Virus record (IMG/VR): IMGVR_UViG_3300016665_000124
Direction: 5' to 3' (one strand)
DNA from: a virus
Length of the DNA: 42,576 bases
The notes below the pieces were generated by a model. It had not been told where the DNA came from and ran no database searches. It saw only the letters and a list, made by a program, of their open reading frames with translations. Positions 7,370 through 17,489 of this stretch are shown here, piece by piece. The position numbers and the translations under genes were made by a program. The stretch's first letter is position 1; each line of letters opens with the position of its first letter.

Positions 7370-10300
7370 TTAGGTGCCGCGCGCGCTCCAGCTGAACGGG
7401 CCTGTGACCCGATTGCCGGATGTATCAAACAGGAGCACCTTAAAGCTAGTCGGGTTTGGCACGTCAACGAAGTCGTAGATGGCGATAATCGGAGAGAGCG
7501 GTGAAGGCGGCGGAGATGGGACGGAAGGGGTAACGCTGATGCTCTCGACGTCAATAAAGGGAACGGTGAAGTTGACCGTGGTGCCACCCACGTCACCAGA
7601 GTTGGCCGTACCACTACCAGCGTCGTTACGGATCTTCACGTCTAGGCGTACCGTGAGGGCGGTGACCTCCATAATGTCGTCGCCGCCAGCACTGGTGTAG
7701 TTGTAGGTGACCTTGACGTAGCGGAAGTTGGTGGCATACACCTCGTTAAGGCCTGCGTAGTCCGTCCAGGTTGTGCCGTTTGCGCTGGTGCTGAGGGTGG
7801 GTACCGTAGTAACAGTACCGGCGATGTTATTGGAGGTGAAGGATGCGCTGATCTTGGTGCCGGCCAGGACGGTGCCGTAGTCGAAGGTTTCGCTGTAGCT
7901 AGCTGTGGTTGGCGTCGGCATGATGTAGCGCGGGAAGCCGGCATTTATCTGATCTTGAGGTGTGTTCCAGCTACGAGACGTAAAGTGCGACTGCCACGTT
8001 TCCGTGGTATTTGCGGAAACAATCAGGCGCGTGCCGTCAACGTAAGTGTTGGTCTTAGTTATCGCCGTAGTTGGGTACACAACGGCGAATGTGCTAGTCC
8101 ACACCGTCCGCAGGATGTAGTCGGGCGGCTGGTTGACGATCGCGGTGATACTGCCAGCTGCACCCTCGTTACCGGCGCTATCGACTCCGCGAATGGTGTA
8201 GGTGTAGCTTCCGCTTACAGTCTCGAATACGGTGGTGAACAGGCCCTGCTTTGTGCCGACCAGGGTTGCTCCGCGGTAGACGTTGTAGTAGAGGATGGGT
8301 AGCGTATTGGTGACGTCATCCCATCTCAAAAGAACGTTGTTATCAATAACCTGGGAGCTTACGGTTGGGGCTGTTGGGGCAGAGACGGTGACGTCTTGGA
8401 ATGCCGCCGTACCTCGGTTCCCCTTTACGTCAACTGCGGTGACCCAGAAGTACTTTGTGCCTAGCCATGTGACTTTGAGTTTGAACGAGGTACTCTTAAT
8501 CGTGGCGATAGGTGTATCGGCGACGTTGTACACCGCCGTGTCTGTCTGGCGAATCTCATAGTTTTCGGTTTCTAGGCTTCCTTGGACGGCGTCCCACTTC
8601 AGCTCTACTTGTTCGCCACGAAAGATTTCGGTGAAGTTGGCGGGAGCAGGTGGCAGTGCGAACGGCACGGCTACGGATGCCGGGGTGCCTAGGACGTTGT
8701 TGCTGCTGCGGGCAGTGACCCAGTACGTCACGCCTGAGGTCCAGGTGACCTCGGCTTTGTAGTTGGTGGTTTTGGCGTTGGCGGCAAAAGTGGACGTGGC
8801 GTAGGTGGTGCCGACGCGGATTTCGTACTCCGTAGTCGGGAGACTACCTTCGATGGCTCCCCAGTTGAGCTGGAGCAGGTTGTTGAGGTAGGTAGCGATG
8901 ACCGCAGGTGCACCAGCTTGATTTGTGGTGGTGCTGATGCGTCCATCCGTCCCGGCCACGCTGCTTACGTTGCCTGCGGTGTCGATCGCCTGCACCCAGA
9001 ACAGGCGAGCACCGGTCCAGTCCACTGTGAGCGGCAGACTGTTGGCGCTGAGGGTGGCCACGAGGGAACCAGCAGCAAAGGATGCTCCGTAGCGAACCTC
9101 GTAGGCACTTATGGGTAGTTGGGTGCTTGATACCGTGTTGGCGTTCCAGCTCAGCACCAGCTGGGCGCCGACGAATGTTGCGGTACCGCCGCTTACGGTC
9201 GAGGGTACGGAGGGACTTATGGCAACGGTGCCTGCGGTTGCGCTGCTGTTGCCAGAGGAGTCGAACGCCTTGATCCAGAAGGTACGTGACCCGGTCCAGT
9301 TGACGTTGAGGGAAAGGCGCAGCGCGTCGGTGGTGGCGACCAGCGTGCCGGTGTCGTAGGAGGCGCCGTACTTGATGACGTAGTTGACAGTGGGGAGGCT
9401 GCCAGACACTGCAGCCCACGTCAGCACAGCCTGTGGTCCGTCGTAAGTTACCGCGTTGAAGGCTGGAGTTGGTGGAGCGGTGGGGTTGACCACCACGCTG
9501 GATACGGCACTTACGTTGCCTGCAGTATCCGTTGCACGAATAAAGAAAGACCTGCTTCCGGTCCAATTAACGGTAACCGCCAAGCTAAGGGCACTTAGCT
9601 TTGTGACAAGGGTGCCGGTGTCAAAGTCTGCGCCGTAACGGATCTCGTAGTTATTGATAGGCAGGGATTGTGTTGAGTTGGTCCAGCTGAGGACCGCTTG
9701 AGCGCCGCTGTATGTTGCGGCGGCAAATGTTGGTGTGGATGGAACCGTGGGGCTGACTACGACGGTGCCGTCTGCGCCTACGTTGCCGTTGGCGTCTACG
9801 GCACGGATGGTGAAGGTCTTGCTGCCCTGCCAGTCCACCACCTTGGTGTAGGTGGTTGTTTGGATGGTGGCGATAGTGGTTGCGCCATCCAAGATCTGGT
9901 AGGCGCGGGTTTTGGTGGTGCCGTTGACTGCTGCCCAGCTCAGTACAGCGTTCTCGCCTTGGAAGGTGACTGTGATTACTGGGGCTGCAGCCTGTACAAC
10001 CGTGATGGTGGTGTCTGTGGTGGGGCCTTCGTTGGCTGCAATATCGACTGGCTTGATTGTGTAGGTGCGTGCTCCAGTCCAGGTGATGGGAATCGAGAAC
10101 GACGTTGTGTTGCTTTCGGCGATGGTGTTGCCGCTGTAGATGATGGCGTAGGCCCTGATGGCGTAGCTACCGGTGGCAGGGGCTGTCCAGGTGAGTGTGG
10201 CAATGTCGTCTGCCGTGGTGGTCGTCAGGTTCTGGACGGCAGAGGGGGCAGCGATGGTGACGGTTACCGCTGCTGCGGTTGAGCTGTAGACGCCACTGGT

Positions 10301-12913
10301 GTCGATCGCCTTGATGCGGTAGGTGGCAGTGCTTGGTTCCAGCAGGCCCAGCTTGTAGGTGGTAGCGGTGACCTTGGTGACGAGGGAATCTCCGGTGCCC
10401 CATGCGCTGCCGCCCTTGCGGATCTCGTAGCCAGCGACGTCGATGTCGCTTACGGCGCTCCAGCTGAAGAGGACACCGATGTTGGGGTCGATGGTGGCGG
10501 CAAAGTTGGCGACGTTGGCCGGTGGCGCAGTCTTGCCTAGGGCCGTGATGCTGCCACTTAATGGGAGGGTGGATTGCTTGCCAGCGGCGTTGAGGCTGTA
10601 GATGCGGAACTCAAAGACACCTGGCGTGATATCCAGCACCTCAAAGTCTGGGCCTTGGACGCGGGAGGTGGTCCAATTACCGTTGTCCTTGCGGTATTGG
10701 ACCGAATACTCGTTGACGCCTAGGACTGGTCGCCACTTGGCAATGACCTTGGCGCGGACCTGGTCCTGGTAGCGGTACAGCTCTTCAGAGAAGACCAGGT
10801 TTGTCGGGGCAGCAGGCAGCTCGTTGAGGTTGCTGACGTCGCGCTGCGTCAATGCTGCGCCGCGCTCGATGTAGGCATACTTGCTTGCGTTGTAGGCAAT
10901 TGCGCTGACGGCATAGTTGATGCCGTCTTGCTCCTGGATGCCGAGGACGCGCCAGGTGCTGGCCTGGAGGTCGTTCGTCTCCCAGATCCAGATGCTGTTG
11001 GCGTTGGGGGCAGTGGTGAAGTTACTGGTGACCGGGACAGTGGTGCCGCTGCGGGTGCCGACCGTACGGCTCTGGACCGTACCGTCGGGCAGGATGACGC
11101 TCAACGTGCCACCGCTTGCAGGAAGGCCGGTGGCGTCGTCAACGACGATGGCTGAGGTGGTGGCGGATCTGATGCGGCCGCCACGACGCGATCCAGCCCG
11201 GACGGGATCGCTGATTTCGATGATCTGGCCGGGGCGGACGATGACGCCAGCGTCAATCGAGGCGGTGAAGGTGGCGATCTCGCCTTCGTACTGCTCGCTG
11301 TACAGCAGCCATTCACCCACGCGGGCGGCCTGGCCGCGGCTGGTGCAGGCGAAAGCATCGACCTGGGCGGTGACGACGCCGTACTTGGTGATTGCAGCCT
11401 GGTCTTCGACGACCTCGTAGGCCACGTCGCGGGTACTGAGGTCGAGGTACTTGACAACGGCGACGGTGGGGCGACCCTTGCGGCTGCTGTTCTCGTAGGA
11501 GAAACCCTCCTCGGTGACGTTGGCGAGGGTGAAGAGGTAGGCGGGATCAGCTGGACGGTCTTGGCTGATGGTGAGGGCGCCGGCGCTCCAGAACGGCATG
11601 GCGCGGAACACCGACGCCAGGCTGTTGATAAGTGTGTAGGCCTCTTCGGAGGTTTGGATGTTGGCGTTACAGCTGAAGCGAGGTTCGGTGCCACCGAAGC
11701 CGTCAGGCACCAGCGTGCTGCAGTACTGGGAGGCGGCGTAGAACGCCCACTTGTCCAGCTGGGCGTCGGTGATGTGGTCGCCGAAGCCGTAGCGGGTGGA
11801 GGTGAGCAGGTCGTACAGGCACCATGCAGGGTCCGAGGTCCACTGCGCTGCACCAAAGGTGCCGTTCCACACGCCGGCGTAGGTGATGCGGCCGGTGGTG
11901 CTGTCTACAGTGCCGTTGCTTGGGATGCGGACTTTGATGCCACGCACCAGGTAACTGCGCTCTGGAATCGAGCTGAACTGCTCAGCGTCAATCCTCAGTC
12001 CGACGAGCGCGGTGTTGGGATAGCGCAGCTTGGCGTCGGTGATCTCGGTGTAGCTGCTCCAGTTGAAGGCGTTGACGATCAGAGGGTCGGTGCTGTCGGC
12101 TGTGACGCGGATGACGCGAACGTCAACAGGAAAAGCACCGGTGAGCGGGACGTTGTATTCGCGCTGGTAGGTGTCGCTGGTGCGGCCAGTGAATGTGTCG
12201 CTAAGGACGGTTACGTAGCCGCCGCCGTTGTACTGGACAGCGATCTGCAGCTCAAACGAGGAGCCGACAACGTCACCGTTAGTTTTCTGCTCTTGGAGCG
12301 TTGGCACCGTGATGGTGACCTTGACCCGGTTGACTGCTGTGTCGGTGATGGTCCGGGTTACGGGGCCCGACTGCGTGACGGTTGAGCCAACGCTTACCGT
12401 GTTGCTGACACCGCCGATGGGGATATAGCTCTGTGATTGGGTGCCATTCCGTGTATAGACAGTGACGTTCTGGAAGTTAAAGATATAGGTAGTTACCGTG
12501 CCAGTCCACCAGATACCTGGTTGAGCTACGGGTTCGGAGACGGTGAAGGTATTGGTTGTGGCATTAGCCACTGTGCAGAAGCACGGACTATTGGTGGATG
12601 CGTCTACATAGATCTGCTGGCCATTGGTGTAGCCATGGTTGTTGATCGTAATGACCAGCGGCGAGCTAACTGTTGCTCGCGTAAATGTTCCGGTCTTGGC
12701 GCTCGATGCAAGCGGTGTGTTGTTAAGGAAGATCGACGCGAGGCCATTCTTCAGGCCGCTGATCTCGCCTTCACTGATTAGGTCAAGGACGGTGGCGTAC
12801 TGGGTGCTGTCGAGGCTGTCCTTGGTGATTTGAGGTGTGCGGGCTTGAGCGCCGCCGCCTTTGCCGCCTCCACCGCCTCCACCGCCAACAACCAGAGAAT
12901 GAGTGATCGTCAT
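7370..12913 (-). CDS. Lambda gpJ-like central tail fibre / host specificity protein with a ten-unit FN3-like array
   Basis: 1847 aa with an N-terminal GGGGGGGGKGGG...LDLISEGEISGL. Blocks YPNTALVGLRIDAEQF, GFGGTEPRFSCN and AFACTSRGQA resemble lambda J, and the gene follows I, K, L and M homologs. Confidence 0.9.
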   Translation of the reverse strand: MTITHSLVVGGGGGGGGKGGGAQARTPQITKDSLDSTQYATVLDLISEGEISGLKNGLASIFLNNTPLASSAKTGTFTRATVSSPLVITINNHGYTNGQQIYVDASTNSPCFCTVANATTNTFTVSEPVAQPGIWWTGTVTTYIFNFQNVTVYTRNGTQSQSYIPIGGVSNTVSVGSTVTQSGPVTRTITDTAVNRVKVTITVPTLQEQKTNGDVVGSSFELQIAVQYNGGGYVTVLSDTFTGRTSDTYQREYNVPLTGAFPVDVRVIRVTADSTDPLIVNAFNWSSYTEITDAKLRYPNTALVGLRIDAEQFSSIPERSYLVRGIKVRIPSNGTVDSTTGRITYAGVWNGTFGAAQWTSDPAWCLYDLLTSTRYGFGDHITDAQLDKWAFYAASQYCSTLVPDGFGGTEPRFSCNANIQTSEEAYTLINSLASVFRAMPFWSAGALTISQDRPADPAYLFTLANVTEEGFSYENSSRKGRPTVAVVKYLDLSTRDVAYEVVEDQAAITKYGVVTAQVDAFACTSRGQAARVGEWLLYSEQYEGEIATFTASIDAGVIVRPGQIIEISDPVRAGSRRGGRIRSATTSAIVVDDATGLPASGGTLSVILPDGTVQSRTVGTRSGTTVPVTSNFTTAPNANSIWIWETNDLQASTWRVLGIQEQDGINYAVSAIAYNASKYAYIERGAALTQRDVSNLNELPAAPTNLVFSEELYRYQDQVRAKVIAKWRPVLGVNEYSVQYRKDNGNWTTSRVQGPDFEVLDITPGVFEFRIYSLNAAGKQSTLPLSGSITALGKTAPPANVANFAATIDPNIGVLFSWSAVSDIDVAGYEIRKGGSAWGTGDSLVTKVTATTYKLGLLEPSTATYRIKAIDTSGVYSSTAAAVTVTIAAPSAVQNLTTTTADDIATLTWTAPATGSYAIRAYAIIYSGNTIAESNTTSFSIPITWTGARTYTIKPVDIAANEGPTTDTTITVVQAAAPVITVTFQGENAVLSWAAVNGTTKTRAYQILDGATTIATIQTTTYTKVVDWQGSKTFTIRAVDANGNVGADGTVVVSPTVPSTPTFAAATYSGAQAVLSWTNSTQSLPINNYEIRYGADFDTGTLVTKLSALSLAVTVNWTGSRSFFIRATDTAGNVSAVSSVVVNPTAPPTPAFNAVTYDGPQAVLTWAAVSGSLPTVNYVIKYGASYDTGTLVATTDALRLSLNVNWTGSRTFWIKAFDSSGNSSATAGTVAISPSVPSTVSGGTATFVGAQLVLSWNANTVSSTQLPISAYEVRYGASFAAGSLVATLSANSLPLTVDWTGARLFWVQAIDTAGNVSSVAGTDGRISTTTNQAGAPAVIATYLNNLLQLNWGAIEGSLPTTEYEIRVGTTYATSTFAANAKTTNYKAEVTWTSGVTYWVTARSSNNVLGTPASVAVPFALPPAPANFTEIFRGEQVELKWDAVQGSLETENYEIRQTDTAVYNVADTPIATIKSTSFKLKVTWLGTKYFWVTAVDVKGNRGTAAFQDVTVSAPTAPTVSSQVIDNNVLLRWDDVTNTLPILYYNVYRGATLVGTKQGLFTTVFETVSGSYTYTIRGVDSAGNEGAAGSITAIVNQPPDYILRTVWTSTFAVVYPTTAITKTNTYVDGTRLIVSANTTETWQSHFTSRSWNTPQDQINAGFPRYIMPTPTTASYSETFDYGTVLAGTKISASFTSNNIAGTVTTVPTLSTSANGTTWTDYAGLNEVYATNFRYVKVTYNYTSAGGDDIMEVTALTVRLDVKIRNDAGSGTANSGDVGGTTVNFTVPFIDVESISVTPSVPSPPPSPLSPIIAIYDFVDVPNPTSFKVLLFDTSGNRVTGPFSWSARGT
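8137..10815 (-). repeat. Ten tandem ~89-aa fibronectin-type-III-like repeats within the J homolog
   Basis: Each unit has (L/F)xW....(Y)(E/V)(I/V)(R/K)(Y)G ... W(T)G ... (F/Y)(W/F)(I/V)xAxDxxGN. Units 5-7 are the most similar to one another. Confidence 0.8.
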
Positions 12914-12916
12914 GGC

Positions 12917-13504
12917 TTAGACGCTTACCTGTACGGTGTCGAGGGCGGCAGAGATAACAATCGAGCCCACCAAGGTCTCACCGTAGATGATTGGGACTGG
13001 TGTGCCTTGGCGACTTGTGTTTTGGATTCCGCTGAAGCTGAAGCTGCGGCGTGGGTCCTGTTCGGATGCGGCGTCTAATTTGGGGACTGGTGTTAGCAGT
13101 TGAGCTACGCCGCCTAAGGCCAATTGCAAACCAATGCCTGCCAGCACGGTTTTAACGGCAATGGGTGCTGCAAGTCCAAGCAATCCAATAGTTGCACCGC
13201 CAGTAAAGAATGATGCCGCAATCAATGCAACGCCTAGCAAGATGCGCCCTGCTGCGCCAGCACCAGCAACAACTGGGGCAATGCGGATAGTCGAGGCACC
13301 AGCTGGATCGTGCAACTCCTCGCCACTTAAGTCGTAGGCGTCAAGACTTACGCGGTAGTGCTGGTCAGCCATGTGGCGTTCCAGTTCTGGCCAGTTGGTG
13401 ACGAGGAAGCGGACGGCTTCGGCAGCGGTGGCGACGTCAGCTTCGAGGACACGCTTGCCGACGAACTTAGCCAACTTGCCGTAGAGCTTGATCTTGCGCA
13501 ACAT
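12917..13504 (-). CDS. Lambda gpI-like tail assembly protein
   Basis: [17 protein letters not shown]...EAVRFL N-terminus, hydrophobic Gly/Ala-rich middle, position between the K and J homologs. Confidence 0.75.
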   Translation of the reverse strand: MLRKIKLYGKLAKFVGKRVLEADVATAAEAVRFLVTNWPELERHMADQHYRVSLDAYDLSGEELHDPAGASTIRIAPVVAGAGAAGRILLGVALIAASFFTGGATIGLLGLAAPIAVKTVLAGIGLQLALGGVAQLLTPVPKLDAASEQDPRRSFSFSGIQNTSRQGTPVPIIYGETLVGSIVISAALDTVQVSV

Positions 13505-14195
13505 GTCGAAGACGCCTCCCAGTGCATTTTAGAAGCCAGCCGCCATATAAATCCCTGCTGCTTAAGCGGCCCTGGAGATGGTGGAGTACCAGCTGGTCAC
13601 CTAGGTAGACGGCGCAGTGGTTGAGGCCTGGGCTTTGGATGGACATAAGGAGAAGGTCGCCTGGCTCTAGGTCTTCGGCGGGGTCTAGTTCGCGGAAGCC
13701 GGTGTCGGCCCAGCAGCGGTCGAACATTGGATCCTGTTGGAACGCCTCGGGACTTAGCGGGCGGTCCCAGTCACGCACGGTGATGCCTTGCTCGGCGTAC
13801 CAGTCACGGGCCAGGGTCCAGCAGTCGGTCACAGCCCATACCCACTGGCGGCCGATGAGTGGAGCCTTGTAGCCGCTGGGCCGGCACTCGTCCCATGACT
13901 CGGTCTTGGGGTTGACGATGTACCAAGGCAAGCCGCTGCGCTCGCACGCCACTAGGTCGGCTTGGCTGGGGGACGGTGGAGTGGAGGGATGGCTGTGGAT
14001 GATGCCGATGACTTCTGCGGCATCCTCGGCTGCAGCCCAGTCGGCAGGGTCAAGGACGAACATTTCGGCCGGCGAGCTGGCCAGGTTGTGGCAGGGCCAG
14101 TAGGTTTCGCGGCCCTTGAACACCACCAGCAGACCGCAGGCCTCGCGTGGATCCTCTGCCTTGGCGTGATCCAGAGCGTGATCGCGCCAGTTCAT
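13467..14195 (-). CDS. Lambda gpK-like tail protein (MPN/JAMM plus NlpC/P60 domains)
   Basis: JAMM motif [17 protein letters not shown], plus NlpC/P60-like [10 protein letters not shown] (Cys) and NHCAVYLG (His). Confidence 0.85.
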   Translation of the reverse strand: MNWRDHALDHAKAEDPREACGLLVVFKGRETYWPCHNLASSPAEMFVLDPADWAAAEDAAEVIGIIHSHPSTPPSPSQADLVACERSGLPWYIVNPKTESWDECRPSGYKAPLIGRQWVWAVTDCWTLARDWYAEQGITVRDWDRPLSPEAFQQDPMFDRCWADTGFRELDPAEDLEPGDLLLMSIQSPGLNHCAVYLGDQLVLHHLQGRLSSRDLYGGWLLKCTGRRLRHVAQDQALRQVG

Positions 14196-14914
14196 GTGTA
14201 ACTCGTGCCCACACCCGGATAGGACCCGAACGGCAGCTCAGCCGTCTGTCCAAAGCGGGCTTTGCAGCTGGTTATGCGTTTTCCGCATACGTCTAGGCCA
14301 GCGGAACCGACGGGTGAGTCATTGGCGTCGAAGTAGTTGGTTCCGGTGTAGCTGCACTCAGCCGAGCGGTACCGCCATTGGCAGATTGAGCTGATGCACT
14401 GCCGCTTGGGGGCGCGGACACCAGCTAGGTCGAATGCCGAGGCCAATTCGAACTCCACGAGGTCGCGGGTTTCGCTGGCCTTGCGGTCGATGTAGTAGAT
14501 CTCGCGAGGGAACTCAGCGGTTGGATCTGGAGTGCCGTAGGGGTTGGTGCCGCCTGGGAAGTTGACGGCATCCAGGTACCGGGCCATGGTGCGGATCCGC
14601 GTCACCTTGGCGCCTTCCAGTCCGCTAGGCAGGGTCAACAGGATGGCCGTGATGGTGCCGAAGATGTTGCTGCAACGAATCCTCGGACGAGGCAGGGTGC
14701 CTTGGCCGGTGTACTCAAAGCCGTCTGCCTCGATGGGAAACCGCTGGTAGGTGTCGCCAGCCCAGACCACGTCGCCGTTGTTGACTAGGTTGGTGCCGGC
14801 GTGGAAGCGGTAGGTGGCAGCAGCACCGTGCTGCAGAGCATTCAGCTCCAGCACAAACAGCTCAATGATGCTGCTCGGTGAAATCCCCTGCAGTTCAGAA
14901 GTTGGTACGGCCAT
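14192..14914 (-). CDS. Lambda gpL-like minor tail protein
   Basis: 240 aa with a C-terminal Cys cluster ([15 protein letters not shown]...CGKRITSC), as in gpL. Position between the M and K homologs. Confidence 0.8.
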   Translation of the reverse strand: MAVPTSELQGISPSSIIELFVLELNALQHGAAATYRFHAGTNLVNNGDVVWAGDTYQRFPIEADGFEYTGQGTLPRPRIRCSNIFGTITAILLTLPSGLEGAKVTRIRTMARYLDAVNFPGGTNPYGTPDPTAEFPREIYYIDRKASETRDLVEFELASAFDLAGVRAPKRQCISSICQWRYRSAECSYTGTNYFDANDSPVGSAGLDVCGKRITSCKARFGQTAELPFGSYPGVGTSYT

Positions 14915-15258
14915 TAGGGTTCAAATACCTGGCGGAATGTTGCGGTGATCACTGCCCTACCTGTATATGGAATGGTTTTTTGCCATGTTTCGCAGACCCA
15001 TTTTGAGCTTGATGGTTCGCCTGGTGGTGTCCAGTCAAACGAATCACCGTCATCAGCGCGTGCATCAAGAAATGCATCGATCGTATCTGCATTGGCCTCC
15101 GTGATGTTGTTCCACGACAGGTCCCAGGTCTTGGGGTTTTGATTTAGGCCAAACTTGATGCGTTGCTCATAGCCATCGCCAAATTGCGTTTTGCGTACCT
15201 TGGGTGCGCTGTTCTTGGTGGCGCCATAGGCCGGCGCAATTGCGGGAAACGTAGCCAT
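14914..15258 (-). CDS. Lambda gpM-like minor tail protein
   Basis: 114 aa. FGDGYEQR...W.L.W....A..I..FL....G...F.W.PP....W.C..W matches the gpM-family pattern, and the gene directly follows the tape measure. Confidence 0.75.
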   Translation of the reverse strand: MATFPAIAPAYGATKNSAPKVRKTQFGDGYEQRIKFGLNQNPKTWDLSWNNITEANADTIDAFLDARADDGDSFDWTPPGEPSSSKWVCETWQKTIPYTGRAVITATFRQVFEP

Positions 15259-17465
15259 CAGGCCAGCAGTCCTCCAGGTCGCTTCTGCTTGATCAATTCT
15301 TGCTGAACAGCTGCCGCCATGGCGCGTCCCAGGGCCTGCCCTTGGGCTTCATTGCCCTGAACGCTGCTGCCGCTTGCATCTACGTTGACCACTACGTTGG
15401 TGCCACCGCCAAAGCTGCCTGCAGGTGCAATGCCGCCGCTGCGACCTGGCATGAACAGCTCAGGACCCTTCTCGCCGACAATGTACGGCTGGCCGGCGGT
15501 GACGCTACCGCCTATGGCGCGCTTTTTGAACAGTCCGCCAAGCAGTCCACCGCCTGTGCCAGTGCCTTCCATAACGCCGAACAGCGCCATGTTGACGGCA
15601 ATATCAAGCATCTTGTTGGCGATAGAGCTGAGCAGGTTGCTGGCGACTTCCTGCAGGCTCTTGGTGCCATCAATGGCGCCTTGAATGGCGCCAACCACGC
15701 TGTCCTTGATCGACATGCCGATGTCGGCATAGATGGACTTCATCTGTTCAGCAACCGTGAGCTGCTTTTTCAGGGCTTCGTTGCCATCAATAAGAGCCTT
15801 GGCCTGCGCTATTTGCTCAGGCGTCATGTCCTTGGTGATGTCGCGCAGCTGGATCTCCAGCATGACTTGAGCCTCGGTGCCAGCTAGGCGAGCGTGCAAT
15901 AGCTTTTGCTCATCTTGCAGTTTCTGCAAGCGATCTGCTGCCGCTTCCGCCTGCTGTGTGTTAAGTTTTTGATCTGCAACTTGCGCAGCGATAATTTGAC
16001 CTTCATGCCTTGCGGCAATAATGTCTATCTCTTTAGCTGTAATAGCAATTTGATCTCTTAATATTGCTTGGCGCTGCAGTAACGCTTGTGCAATTGCCGC
16101 CCTATTTTTAGGGTCAGATTTTGCAAGTATTCCAGCCCGCTGTTCGTCGATAGTTTTTATCTGTTCACTTAGTGCCGCAACATCTATCATGGCCTCTTTG
16201 TATTCGAATGCAAAATTAACCATCCGAGTCGCTTGCTCTGCATTCTTCGCGGTAGCGGCTGTGTTTAGCTGCAGCTGGCGCTGTTCGGCTAATAATTGCT
16301 TAGCGTATTCTGCGCGCTTATTGATTTGTTCGCTAAGAAACTGGCTGGCATCTTGCCTCCCAGCGCCTCTGCCGCTATCGGTGCCTTGCAGCAAAGGTGG
16401 CGGGGTTGTAACTGCAGCAGGCCTAGGGCCTCCAGCTTGCGTAGCGCGCGTCTTGCCCAATTGCTGCTTAACTGCAGCATTGATCAAATCATTGGTAATT
16501 GCGCTTGTGACTTCCGATGCGTTTCCTTTGTATGTTTTGCCGCCATACTGAACGCTGATTTGACCGGCGCCAAATGGACCGCCCGGCATGAAGCCAGCCT
16601 GTGCACTGACGATGGATTCAGCCCGTCGCTGAAATTCCTGCTTCTGCCCAATACCAATACTGCCAGCCGCCATGGCCTGGTTTATTGAATCAACTGCTTT
16701 AATGGCGAGATCTAACGTGCTTTTCAAAATAGGATTCAATTTAGCGCCGATAGTCTTGGCTAGATTCTCAACATTATCCGTTAATGTGCTGAACTTGCCT
16801 GCAAGGGTTGTGCTTTGCGCGATAGCGCCATTGGCGTACTTGCCGCCCTTTTCAGTAAGACGAACAATGGCAACCTCTACAGCTTCTGCGCTGATGCGAC
16901 CTTTGCTAAGTGCCTTTTGAAACTCTTCGCCAGTCATTCCATACATCTTGCGCAATTCTTCCTGCAATGCAATGCCGCGCTCTTGGAATTGCAGCAGTTC
17001 TTCGCCTTGCAGCCTGCCTTTTGCCTGCACTTGGCCATAGGCGGTCACTAGGCCTTGCAACTCAGCACCAGTGGCGCCCGCAACATCCGCCAACCGCCGA
17101 GTCGTATCAACAACATTCCTTGCCTCAACGCCAAAGGCTTGAAGCCGCTTGGCCGAATCAATCAGCTCGGTGCTGGTAAATGGTGTTACCGCGCCAAGTT
17201 GCTGCAGCTCTTGAATGATCTGCTTGGCCTGTTGGACACTGCCAGTTAGCGTTTCAATGCTGCGAGTTTGCGTTTCAAGTTCAGCGGTTTTGACGACAAC
17301 AAATCGCAATGCGGCAGCTGCACTGAATGCTCCAACAAGACCGCCAATCGCACCGCGCAATGCACCAATGCCTGCCGTTGCAGCTTTTGACGCACTATTG
17401 ACCTGCTGCAGATTGCGTACGGCAGCCTGGCTGTTTACTTGTACATCAACAACCGCAACAGCCAT
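15258..17465 (-). CDS. Tail tape measure protein
   Basis: 735 aa, long Ala/Gln/Leu-rich helical protein with a Gly-rich C-terminus. AGGAGG lies 8 nt upstream of the ATG, and the gene sits between G/GT and the M homolog. Confidence 0.85.
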   Translation of the reverse strand: MAVAVVDVQVNSQAAVRNLQQVNSASKAATAGIGALRGAIGGLVGAFSAAAALRFVVVKTAELETQTRSIETLTGSVQQAKQIIQELQQLGAVTPFTSTELIDSAKRLQAFGVEARNVVDTTRRLADVAGATGAELQGLVTAYGQVQAKGRLQGEELLQFQERGIALQEELRKMYGMTGEEFQKALSKGRISAEAVEVAIVRLTEKGGKYANGAIAQSTTLAGKFSTLTDNVENLAKTIGAKLNPILKSTLDLAIKAVDSINQAMAAGSIGIGQKQEFQRRAESIVSAQAGFMPGGPFGAGQISVQYGGKTYKGNASEVTSAITNDLINAAVKQQLGKTRATQAGGPRPAAVTTPPPLLQGTDSGRGAGRQDASQFLSEQINKRAEYAKQLLAEQRQLQLNTAATAKNAEQATRMVNFAFEYKEAMIDVAALSEQIKTIDEQRAGILAKSDPKNRAAIAQALLQRQAILRDQIAITAKEIDIIAARHEGQIIAAQVADQKLNTQQAEAAADRLQKLQDEQKLLHARLAGTEAQVMLEIQLRDITKDMTPEQIAQAKALIDGNEALKKQLTVAEQMKSIYADIGMSIKDSVVGAIQGAIDGTKSLQEVASNLLSSIANKMLDIAVNMALFGVMEGTGTGGGLLGGLFKKRAIGGSVTAGQPYIVGEKGPELFMPGRSGGIAPAGSFGGGTNVVVNVDASGSSVQGNEAQGQALGRAMAAAVQQELIKQKRPGGLLA

Positions 17466-17489
17466 GGCACTGCCTCCTGTCCTTACAGT

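Noticed and set aside
8844-12385. Several long alternative-frame or antisense ORFs inside the J homolog (8844..9566, 9698..10282, 11101..11856, 11561..12385 and others)
   Set aside because: Their Arg/Pro/Gly/Ser-rich, low-information translations are typical of off-frame reading of GC-rich coding DNA. The J frame carries recognisable lambda-J blocks throughout.
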